Source: Candidatus Borrarchaeum weybense
GTDB lineage: Archaea > Asgardarchaeota > Sifarchaeia > Borrarchaeales > Borrarchaeaceae
Length of the DNA: 64,000 nt
Direction: 5' to 3'
Assembly: GCA_019057385.1 (NCBI GenBank)
Contig: JAHQJS010000004.1
Span: 884,727 to 948,726, forward strand
The notes under the pieces are model-generated. The model was not told the DNA's origin. It saw only the letters and a list, made by a program, of their open reading frames with translations, and did no database searches. Position 1 is the first letter of the stretch, and every line of letters begins with the position of its first letter. Of this stretch, positions 19,427 to 27,919 are shown in pieces. The position numbers and the translations under genes were made by a program.

Positions 19427-20236
19427 CTAAATACTTGCTAAATCGTTTATGTAAAGATTAACCATTAAGAGTAAGTGATTTTTCAGCGAGGAAAAGCCAT
19501 AACTGAGAGCCTCATTAATTTTCTGCAATTCTTGAGACTTACGAATATAGGTATAAAGTGCAAAGAGAGAATGTTGCCGCTTCTCAATGTCACTCACTAG
19601 CGCTTGAAAATCAATTTTTTCTATTTCCGAAATGCGATAGCGTGATGTCGCTTTCCAACGAAATTTTCGAGATATACTGGAAGACAACCTGTCATAATAT
19701 TGGAGAGTTGACAATAAAGGTACCTCTGTGTCATCAATCTCGTAGTTATGATGATTTTCAACTAATTGATGGATATATTCATCACTGATAGAAACCTCAT
19801 TATAGATTTTGCTGTTATGTCTCTCGGTATGGACGAAATCATGTAGAAGCATGGCAATCAGGAGTTTTTGTTGTGTGTCTGAGAGTTTAGGGAGCATTTT
19901 TCTGATGGTGATTTTTCTCGAGACGAAGAGAGGCTTCTTGTGGAGTTTTTTCACTTCTTTCCATTGTATGCGTCCCATGCCTTCATGGGTATAGCGTCCG
20001 AGGCGATCCAGAGAGATTGCAGTTTCAAGTTTATGTTCTGGAACAATAAACTCGATATTACCATACCAAGCCCTGAAGGTCATAGGTGCCCGTCTTTCGC
20101 CTTTTGTAAGTTTACCGAAGGCTCTAGGTCGCCCATGAATTGTTATAACTCCCAGACCAGTAATTCCAAATCTTCTTCGCTTAGAAACTACAGGCGTTTT
20201 CGTTATTCCTGTTAATTTAACCCAGTTTTTTACCAT
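19427..20236 (-). CDS. Minimal RAMP (Cas5-like) domain fused to a Cas10-type permuted HD nuclease
   Basis: N-terminal strand 'KLTGITKTPV' and G-rich loop LGRYTHEGMGRI, then LLHDF..H, HH, YDRLSS and a C-terminal SLKNHL. Confidence 0.75.
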   Translation of the reverse strand: MVKNWVKLTGITKTPVVSKRRRFGITGLGVITIHGRPRAFGKLTKGERRAPMTFRAWYGNIEFIVPEHKLETAISLDRLGRYTHEGMGRIQWKEVKKLHKKPLFVSRKITIRKMLPKLSDTQQKLLIAMLLHDFVHTERHNSKIYNEVSISDEYIHQLVENHHNYEIDDTEVPLLSTLQYYDRLSSSISRKFRWKATSRYRISEIEKIDFQALVSDIEKRQHSLFALYTYIRKSQELQKINEALSYGFSSLKNHLLLMVNLYINDLASI

Positions 20237-20258
20237 TTCTAATCCTCTTTATAGTGTT

Positions 20259-20287
20259 TATCCCGTTAAAAATGATATAACGGGATA
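20259..20287. promoter_or_regulatory. Perfect 10-bp inverted repeat TATCCCGTTA-N9-TAACGGGATA
   Basis: Lies between repeat copy 3 and the RBS of the RAMP-HD gene. Could be a terminator, processing hairpin or operator. Confidence 0.55.
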
Positions 20288-20331
20288 TCTAAACGTATCG
20301 GTTTCTTTACCTTTTGTTCGTAAATTGGATA

Positions 20332-20455
20332 TCACTTTTATCGTCCCGTTGCCTGTCATCCGTCCCCATCAGTACTGGAGGCGTGGGACCTCTCAGATGG
20401 TTCAGTCTCATGCGCAAGAACGTGCCACCCGCGATACGCAAGCAGCAGACCATCA
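20332..20455 (-). ncRNA. Structured repeat copy 3 (most divergent)
   Basis: Shares CACGTTCTTGCGCATGAGAC, GAGAGGTCCCACGCCT, ATGACAGG, GGACGA and GTGA; the 5' hairpin has a different sequence but stays paired. Confidence 0.65.
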
Positions 20456-20496
20456 GGGATGAGAAAAAAGAAATAAAATGAAATAGTGCCGATTCC

Positions 20497-21300
20497 TTAA
20501 GCATTTGAAGCCCTTCGGGTATGTAATGAGACTACAGTTTCCCTCCAATCCTCGATGTTATCAAGCGCAATTGACTCAGCTTTAGTTTTTTCAGAGAACT
20601 TATAGATACCATCATTTCGCTCTAACTTTTTCTCAATGTCAACGTTTTGGAGATCAAAGTCCAAAAGTTTAACCTGTCCATAGCCTGCATTCTTACCGCC
20701 ACCAAGAGTTTCGATATAGAGCAATGACTCAATGAGAAATTTAATTTCCTCATCAGTTAATTGTGTCACATCGATAGAGAAGGTGAAGTAGCCGCTGAAA
20801 TAACTTTGTCGAAAATCCTGAATTGGAACGCCATCAAAACTTAAGGCTATCCTTGTTTCGCTGGCGATGTGAACCTTCTGCACCGCTACATTCGTCTCAT
20901 AGTCTTTATGAGAGATTGAGGTAATGGGATCTGCCGAGACAGAGATACGAGACTCTTTGTGAAAACTGCCGAAGATACGTTGTAGCATGCAAGGGGGATC
21001 ACAACTACCCAGTACATGAAATCCCACAGGCATCAATTTCGTACCATCCTTGAGTTCGGTTTTTTCACTGGTATGGCAAACTTCAATCCCACAATCATAC
21101 GCAAGTTTCATAGCTGCATGTCGTAGCATGCCACGCAGACCCTTGATGTAGTACACTTTTGTATTGAAGACCTTATCTCCGTTTACATAAGGAATTTCGC
21201 CGAGAAGTAACATCGTAGAATTCTTTTGGATAGAGGCATTTAGAGGCTTGGCAATCGGGGTATAGGCACGAACTACAATCTGTTTTTTAGTGGTTTTCAT
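20497..21300 (-). CDS. cas7: Cas7-group (Csm3-like) RAMP protein
   Basis: 'IVVRAYTPI', 'IKGLRGMLRH', Cys/His cluster with 'C..RIFGS', 'ETRIAL' thumb and G-rich loop LGGGKNAGYGQV. Confidence 0.85.
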   Translation of the reverse strand: MKTTKKQIVVRAYTPIAKPLNASIQKNSTMLLLGEIPYVNGDKVFNTKVYYIKGLRGMLRHAAMKLAYDCGIEVCHTSEKTELKDGTKLMPVGFHVLGSCDPPCMLQRIFGSFHKESRISVSADPITSISHKDYETNVAVQKVHIASETRIALSFDGVPIQDFRQSYFSGYFTFSIDVTQLTDEEIKFLIESLLYIETLGGGKNAGYGQVKLLDFDLQNVDIEKKLERNDGIYKFSEKTKAESIALDNIEDWRETVVSLHTRRASNA

Positions 21301-21345
21301 TTCTCTAACCTCGTTGATTTTTCAAATATACTTTTTGCAACCAGA

Positions 21346-21365
21346 TATATAAACCTATCGCTTTC
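21346..21365 (-). promoter_or_regulatory. Putative BRE/TATA promoter of cas7
   Basis: Minus strand AAAGCGATAGG-TTTATATA, about 45 nt upstream of the ATG. Confidence 0.5.
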
Positions 21366-21625
21366 TATACCTTTTATTAGTATAATGGAGAATTAAATTA
21401 ACTCCTTTTAAAATTTAAAGGATTTTATCGGCTTTATTTAATAACGTTGAGTTATGACGCCAAAAATGACCGTTCATTCAACTTGCTATCATTAAGAATA
21501 ATTATTCAATAAAACAAAGATATTATCCTTTTAGTAAAAACAAGCATTTTGTAAAGGTTCATAAGTTAAAAATTAATGGTCTAAATTAATTTATGTTAAA
21601 AAATTGCATAATCATCATATATATT

Positions 21626-24600
21626 TTAGGTTAAGAGTCGAGTCATAGGCACAGGGGGCCCCTTGCCTATCGATTTACAAAATCGCTCGATGCTTCGGAA
21701 CATCTCAAAGATCTCCTGAAACTGTCCCTCATCTGATAAATAGACAAAGGGGATAAATGGAGTTTCGTTTAACAAAAATCCGGCAAGATAACTGGCACAA
21801 CGATTCATAGCTTTCCTTAAAGTCATATAATTGCGATCATAATAGACGACCTCATCCATCAGTTCTTGAAACAATAACCACATCTTTTCCTCAGCACTTT
21901 CTTTTAATGTATACACTTCTTCGCCACGGGGAGTGTAAGATAACTTGAAATCATCCTTGGTGATATCCCCCTTTTTACATGCTTTTACATAAGCGTACCT
22001 GAACATGGGAAGGAACATTTCACGGAAATCAAGCACCGCACCAATAGAGATTTTTTGTCCTGCAGCTCTCCGATAATGGAGTACAAGTTCACCCGGAAAC
22101 CACGAAAAACCGACATCCCATAACACCTTTTGACATTTTTTCAATAGTTGTCTCTTTAGGGCATTAATTCCTGCACTAAAGGGAGAACGCCCTTTGGCTT
22201 CTCCCATAAATAGCGAGGACGCTACATAACGATCATAGGTACGACTGCGGCATTGCATCGCAGTATCTTCTAAGATGAGTTTCCACACCTGCCAAACCAA
22301 TCGCTCTCCATCTGCTTCATAACTGAGTAAGTTTTCTCGACTACCCGTCCAGTGGATAACTGTATGGGCGACAACGTTCATTTGACCTGCGAATAGCCTA
22401 TTTACATCCGCAGATTCTAACATACCATCCTTTTCAGCTTGCAGTGTAAGGAGTGCATTGCTTGCTCGTTTGCTCATATCTATTTGCCATGCCAATAATA
22501 GGCCATCTTCCTTTTCCCTGATGAAGTCAGCTCTTGCCTTTAATTTCTCAGTTAAATTCTCATCTTGAGAGATCTTATATCCTTCAAACGGGACACGAAT
22601 TGAGTCGTCTCGCTCCTCGCCATACACAATTCGTCCTTTAAGTTTTATACGCATAAATTCGGAAAGACCTACATCGCCTATTACTTTTATCCGCTCTATA
22701 GCATCCAACCGATGGCTACGTGAAAAGCCTTCCTTCGATATATAATGAAGCATATGTCGATTAATCGTGAGTTCATCCCCTTCCCTCACAGTCAGCCATA
22801 CATATTGTCGTTGAAGCTCACCCTCTGTCTTTGCAACCACTTTCACAGGTTTAATAGACCTTTTTAAGATGATCTCAAGTGCCTCTTGAAGAAGATCTTT
22901 CGTTCCTGGCTCGACCTTAATCCTACCATCATGAAGCAAAAAATACAGCGAATTACACTGAGGACATAGTGTGTACTGAGCATATGACATCGGTTCCTTT
23001 AATACTGCCTTTTTACAGATGCGACAGATTGGAGTTCCTTGTGTTGTTCGTTCAAAATCCCTAAAAGTCCTGCTTTTTCTTTTTCGAGAGGAATTATGAA
23101 ATCGACAGGCAGCGGTACAGAGCGTGATATCGGTAGTCATGGCACGGTGTCCAAGCAGTCTATTATATTCTGCTGATAATTCACATAAAAATCGTTGATC
23201 CACTCGTTCCTTTTCATAGTCATTTGGACAGGGCATTCTAAAGACACAGGAACCACAGGTTTTTAACATATGTTCTGGAATAGCGGTTTCTTCGCTACAT
23301 ATTCGTTTCACAGGACGTCCCACACCCTTCCCTCTCGGAAAACGTACCACTTTCCCTTGTACGTCTAAGTCGAGCACATTCCAAATAACTGTGGTAAGAC
23401 CGACTGAGTGTTCATAGTGAGCAGAGATCCGTTTATGAAGGTCTTCATAGGTAGTGATTGTTCCGTCCTTTAGTGTCGAACTAATAACGTCTTGGATAGT
23501 TTTGTGTGGTGATGGTTTTTTTTGAGGGTAAAATCGCACTTTTGATCCCCGTTCGAGTTCACTTTTTGTTGTAAGTAACTCACAGATGTGCTCTGCAGCG
23601 TCAACCAGTAATGGATTCTCCATTGTTACAAAGGCATGAACCGCCTCAGCGATCCAGGCTGCGGTTCTTCTGCTTTCTTCGGCATCTCCTAGCCACATAT
23701 TCACCTCATTTGCCGCTGTTTCGAGCTCGTAATCCTCGATTAAAGCTTTTATAAAATAGGTGTAATGTTTGGTGCTATACTTTCCATTGATGTTGTAAAC
23801 AGTCTCTGCGATTATGTCAGTAATCGCCCAATAGGCAGCTTCATTCATGGAAAATCGCTGTTCCTGAAAATAACAGCGTATATTGTTTCCAACAACCGCT
23901 GGCAGTAGGAACTGGCTTGCCCACCTTCCGATAGTCGTCGCTTTATATTTGCCACCCTTCTGTTCTACCAATTTACAGGATATGAGTTCGCGGAGATACA
24001 ATTTCACATCATTTTTTAACTGCTTCTCATATCGCTCAAGTTCTTCAATTTTATGCTCTTTTAAAAGATCGAGAAAAAACAAAATGGGTTTCCTTAGCTT
24101 GATGGAATCCTCATAGTGTTTCAGAATACGATCATAAACACAGTCAAAAAATCCAATTACAAACTGTTTATACTGCTCGATTTCTAGATCGTCGTAGTTG
24201 TCATTATCGTTCAAAAGCGAAAGAAGTTTGTTACTGTTCCGTTTGGAAACCTTAAAACTTTGATGCTGATACAGTTCGGTCTTGATTACTTCTGTATACT
24301 TCCTGATCAGTGCTTTGTGCTCGTAATACATGTAAAATCGTTGCAGATGCCTGATGAGCACACCACTAGACACAGCACCGCGTGACACTCTATACAGAAT
24401 AATATCCTTTAAATTGTGCTTTGAATGGCTCCTCAAACGTTCTTCCTCGAACTCTATTCCTTTTTCAGTGATTTTGATCCTTTTTTCTCCATAAAATGTT
24501 TCTATGCCGCTTTTAATGATCAGGTTGGCATATCCGATTTCGTAAAATTCTGGTCGTGCCGTCCTACCAACCATTGATTCCAAATCCTGTGGACTATAAA

Positions 24601-25597
24601 TCGTCGCATCGGCATCGGCGATAATCACCCGTAACACCGGAGCACTGATCCCCTCTTTATATTCAGTTGTAAAAAGCACGTTAATTTTGCCTTCTTGAAA
24701 GGCTGTCATCCGTTTTTGTCGTTCAACAGCACTTAACCCAGCATGACTGAAGGAAACTGTAATATCAATTCCCTCTTCCTCGAATTTGCAACTCAATTCA
24801 GCAGCCCTAAGCTCTGCCTTTTTCCTTGAGGCACAGAACACCAGTACACATCTTATATCAGTCTGTTGGGTACTCACTTCCATCGCGTATGTACCCTTAA
24901 CTAATTGTGCAATGACGTACATTTGTTCATCGTCATCGGAGACCTTGATAATAGGTTCAATCACAATTTCTGAATGACGTTCATCAGTCTCAATGATCTC
25001 AGCCCCAAGCCAGTCTGCTACCTCACCAATATCCTTGACCATCGCAGTCAGGTAAAGTATTTGAGGTCGGGATCGCAACCACGATTGCGTTTTGACGATA
25101 ACATCCTCCAAACGACTCCCACGCTGCATTTTGCCTACGTAATGCATCTCATCAATAACAACAAGCCCTAATTTTCTCAATAATGAGTATTCATAATTCC
25201 TCATTAACATGCCGTTAAAGGATTCAAAGGTAGTAACAATGATTTCCGCCTTCTTTAATACACGATGGGGTGGCTTCTCCTCTCCCGTCACTTTGACGAT
25301 GCGATACTTTCTGCGGTAGCGTGGCAGGCTGTCAAACCATGCCACAAGACGGTTGTAGGTCTGATCGATCAGCCGTCGATTCGGCACCAAAAACACGCAT
25401 CTTTGTTTTATCCCGAGTATAAAAGTGGCACATATAAGGGGGATGAGTGTCTTACCTGCGCCGGTTGGGGCTTTCACCAGCACATCCTTTTCTTTAATAA
25501 AGGCGGCAATAGCCTTCTCCTGAAATTCAAAGAGTTGTTGATATCCTGCCCGCTTGAGTCGTTCCCATACCGAATACCAATCCATGATGCGTGGCAT
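21626..25597 (-). CDS. Hel308/Ski2-like SF2 helicase + wHTH + Zn fingers + divergent Cas1 (aCas1-like) fusion
   Basis: Q motif FEFQ, APTGAGKT, DEMH, SHAGLS and GRTARP; winged helix; CGSC, CRIC and CPQC. The C-terminal ~390 aa has the Cas1 pattern LLSYE..., VLH..., LDFREMF..., IT.DDF, TLR.AM...A..LA.FL....F.PF. Confidence 0.8.
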   Translation of the reverse strand: MPRIMDWYSVWERLKRAGYQQLFEFQEKAIAAFIKEKDVLVKAPTGAGKTLIPLICATFILGIKQRCVFLVPNRRLIDQTYNRLVAWFDSLPRYRRKYRIVKVTGEEKPPHRVLKKAEIIVTTFESFNGMLMRNYEYSLLRKLGLVVIDEMHYVGKMQRGSRLEDVIVKTQSWLRSRPQILYLTAMVKDIGEVADWLGAEIIETDERHSEIVIEPIIKVSDDDEQMYVIAQLVKGTYAMEVSTQQTDIRCVLVFCASRKKAELRAAELSCKFEEEGIDITVSFSHAGLSAVERQKRMTAFQEGKINVLFTTEYKEGISAPVLRVIIADADATIYSPQDLESMVGRTARPEFYEIGYANLIIKSGIETFYGEKRIKITEKGIEFEEERLRSHSKHNLKDIILYRVSRGAVSSGVLIRHLQRFYMYYEHKALIRKYTEVIKTELYQHQSFKVSKRNSNKLLSLLNDNDNYDDLEIEQYKQFVIGFFDCVYDRILKHYEDSIKLRKPILFFLDLLKEHKIEELERYEKQLKNDVKLYLRELISCKLVEQKGGKYKATTIGRWASQFLLPAVVGNNIRCYFQEQRFSMNEAAYWAITDIIAETVYNINGKYSTKHYTYFIKALIEDYELETAANEVNMWLGDAEESRRTAAWIAEAVHAFVTMENPLLVDAAEHICELLTTKSELERGSKVRFYPQKKPSPHKTIQDVISSTLKDGTITTYEDLHKRISAHYEHSVGLTTVIWNVLDLDVQGKVVRFPRGKGVGRPVKRICSEETAIPEHMLKTCGSCVFRMPCPNDYEKERVDQRFLCELSAEYNRLLGHRAMTTDITLCTAACRFHNSSRKRKSRTFRDFERTTQGTPICRICKKAVLKEPMSYAQYTLCPQCNSLYFLLHDGRIKVEPGTKDLLQEALEIILKRSIKPVKVVAKTEGELQRQYVWLTVREGDELTINRHMLHYISKEGFSRSHRLDAIERIKVIGDVGLSEFMRIKLKGRIVYGEERDDSIRVPFEGYKISQDENLTEKLKARADFIREKEDGLLLAWQIDMSKRASNALLTLQAEKDGMLESADVNRLFAGQMNVVAHTVIHWTGSRENLLSYEADGERLVWQVWKLILEDTAMQCRSRTYDRYVASSLFMGEAKGRSPFSAGINALKRQLLKKCQKVLWDVGFSWFPGELVLHYRRAAGQKISIGAVLDFREMFLPMFRYAYVKACKKGDITKDDFKLSYTPRGEEVYTLKESAEEKMWLLFQELMDEVVYYDRNYMTLRKAMNRCASYLAGFLLNETPFIPFVYLSDEGQFQEIFEMFRSIERFCKSIGKGPPVPMTRLLT

Positions 25598-25719
25598 ACA
25601 CCATCAATAGTAAAACTTAGAAATTTGCTTATAAAGAAGGTAAGAGGAGCTGACAGCAACCTTTTTTCCACTTAAAGGTTTATGTAATTAGAAATCCATG
25701 TAGATGGTAAGAATTATTT

Positions 25720-27678
25720 TTGTTACTTAGGAAGGTGGGGCTTATGGGACAGAAGTTTGTGACGGTTCATGGCAAGAAATATTATGTTAAGGGTGGTAAG
25801 CTAGACTTTCGTAATTGGGCACTTAAGAATATCGCCAAAATTGAAGGGTTAGAAAATCTTACCAACCTTAGGGAGTTATACCTTTATAGTATTCATTTAG
25901 AATCGATTGAAGGTCTAGGCAATCTCACAGAACTTGAAAAATTAAGTCTTGGCGGCAATAGAATAAGAGAAATTAAGGGATTAAGAAATCTTACTAACCT
26001 CCAAGAACTCGACCTTAGTGGGAATAAGATAGAGGTGATCAAGGGACTGGAAAACCTCACTAAACTTCAGGTACTAAATCTTTATAACAATGGGATACGG
26101 GAAATCAAGGGATTAGATCAACTCACCAAACTCCAAGAACTCAACCTTGGTAGGAATTATATAAGGGAAATCGAAGGATTGGATCTCTTCTCAAACCTCC
26201 GCATACTGGATCTAAGTAGTAATTGTTTTACAGTATTCAAGGGAAGCGTGCGTCACGGTACATATTGTATTTCCGAAATCCAGGGGCTGGAAAATTTGAA
26301 AAACCTACATACGCTGAATCTTGCAAAAAATCAGATCAAGGAAATCACCGGTTTGGAAACGCTCACAAACCTCACAAACTTCGATCTGAGTCATAATCAA
26401 ATTACCGAGATCAAGGGATTGGAGAACCTTACCAAGCTCCAAGTACTCAATCTGTATGGGAATCAGATAGATGAATTCAAAGGTCTTGAGCACCTTACAA
26501 GGCTCAAAGAACTTGATCTTAATTGGAATCCAATAAGGGCTGGAGAAAGACATTTACTAAAAGCAAATGCAAAGAAAGTGGTAAAATATTGTCAAGACAA
26601 AAAGGCCGACAAGTTCCCGAGTGTAGAAGTCAAGGGAAGAACATTTCCTATACTAACCGAGGTTATGGATCTCAGAAATTTGAAGATTACCGATATTGCA
26701 GAGATTAAAGGATTGGAGGCGTTTACTAAAGTCACCGTGTTAGACCTTAGGGGCAATCAAATAACAGCTATTAGTAACCTACATCATCTTACCCAACTTC
26801 AAAAACTGAATCTTAGTGGGAACATGATCACCGAAATTAACGGTCTAGAACAACTTACCAAGCTCAAAGAATTACATATTTCGAATAACCAAATAAATGA
26901 GATCAAAGGCTTAGAGACACTCACTGGACTCCAAAAATTAAACCTCAGTGGCAATCAAATAGAAGAAATCAGTAACTTAGAGCCTCTTGCAAATCTCCAG
27001 GAACTAAATCTTGAGAGAAATCAGATTAAGACGATTAAGCAACTGGAACAACTCACCACCCTCAAAACATTAAACCTCAAGAAAAATCAAATACAGGAAA
27101 TTGAAGGACTAGATAGCCTTGTAAATCTCACCACACTCGAGCTTGAGTGGAATCAAATCAGCGAGATTAAAGGACTGGATAATCTTGTAAATCTCATCAA
27201 ACTTGATCTTGAAGAGAATCCGATCACCGAGATTAAAGGACTGGATAACCTTAAAAGTCTTAAGAACGTCTACATTACTATAGACCTTATAAGAGATGAT
27301 GAATGGGACATAGTTTGCAGTAAAGATGCACAGGTTGTTGTGAGATACTGCCAAAGAAAAACGAGAATGGAAAAGGGGGAAGATGAACTGGAAGATGAAC
27401 TGGAAGATAAACTGGATGAAGGAAGATTTGAATCGGCATTTGATACTTGGCGACACGAAAGAGATTTGGAAAGGTATTTTGATATTAATCTTCATGCAAG
27501 TGATTTTGATATTGATGAGGATTGGGAGATGTATAAATTAGATGAGGGTATTTCGATAGGACTAGTATATTTTATGGAAGACATATTCCGAGAAGAACTG
27601 CGTGGTAATAGGCTTTCACAACACGAACTAATTGAGAAAATAAATGAGTGGCTTAGACCATATTTAACTACAGAGTAG
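25720..27678 (+). CDS. SDS22-like leucine-rich repeat protein with two LRR modules and an acidic C-terminal domain
   Basis: 22-aa repeats LxxLxLxxNxIxEIKGLxx. The likely start is ATG 25744 (MGQKFV) after a GGTGG RBS. Confidence 0.92.
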   Translation: MLLRKVGLMGQKFVTVHGKKYYVKGGKLDFRNWALKNIAKIEGLENLTNLRELYLYSIHLESIEGLGNLTELEKLSLGGNRIREIKGLRNLTNLQELDLSGNKIEVIKGLENLTKLQVLNLYNNGIREIKGLDQLTKLQELNLGRNYIREIEGLDLFSNLRILDLSSNCFTVFKGSVRHGTYCISEIQGLENLKNLHTLNLAKNQIKEITGLETLTNLTNFDLSHNQITEIKGLENLTKLQVLNLYGNQIDEFKGLEHLTRLKELDLNWNPIRAGERHLLKANAKKVVKYCQDKKADKFPSVEVKGRTFPILTEVMDLRNLKITDIAEIKGLEAFTKVTVLDLRGNQITAISNLHHLTQLQKLNLSGNMITEINGLEQLTKLKELHISNNQINEIKGLETLTGLQKLNLSGNQIEEISNLEPLANLQELNLERNQIKTIKQLEQLTTLKTLNLKKNQIQEIEGLDSLVNLTTLELEWNQISEIKGLDNLVNLIKLDLEENPITEIKGLDNLKSLKNVYITIDLIRDDEWDIVCSKDAQVVVRYCQRKTRMEKGEDELEDELEDKLDEGRFESAFDTWRHERDLERYFDINLHASDFDIDEDWEMYKLDEGISIGLVYFMEDIFREELRGNRLSQHELIEKINEWLRPYLTTE

Positions 27679-27831
27679 GGAGTTTCCTTGAGGTGATTTT
27701 AGAAAACTTGAGAGAGATCGCAGATTCAATAGCTACATAATCTCAAGTAAATAATACAAAGCGTTTCGAACATTCAATCCAGTAACTGCACTATAAGGAA
27801 TCAATTTTTCCTCTTCAACAGAGGCTATGAA

Positions 27832-27897
27832 GATGCCCAAGAGATTGTAAAATACTGTCAAGAAAAGGCTCGAAAGGTAAAACAAGAAGGCGGTTGA
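27832..27897 (+). pseudogene. Orphan 3' end of an LRR gene (DAQEIVKYCQEKARKVKQEGG*)
   Basis: Matches the C-terminus of the next LRR gene (DAKKVVRYCQEKANKAKEGG*). Confidence 0.75.
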
Positions 27898-27919
27898 GGG
27901 AAACAGAGGGAGTTAAAGG

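Noticed and set aside
18729-20455. Repeats as hammerhead ribozymes (CUGAGAG-GUCC...GGAC-GAAA)
   Set aside because: The core should be CUGANGA. Copy 1 has CCGAGAG, copy 3 has GAUA in place of GAAA, and no stem I/III with a cleavage triplet is evident. The resemblance is superficial, though a self-cleavage test is cheap.
18729-20455. Repeats as HDV-like ribozymes (GUCCCA...GGGAC)
   Set aside because: No P1, P3 or P1.1 pairing could be built.
18632-20504. ORF-track ORFs 18632-18946 and 20307-20504, and the N-terminal 60 aa of 18931-19401, which share 'TFLRMR..RGPTP'
   Set aside because: The similarity comes from translating the repeat. Starts and stops are not equivalent, and the substitutions follow base pairing. 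A peptide cannot be fully excluded because all three are open in the same frame.
18729-21625. Canonical CRISPR array or terminal inverted repeats around the cas-like genes
   Set aside because: No regularly spaced 25-45-bp repeats were seen, and no TIR or TSD was recognisable near 18728 or 25600-25720 by eye.
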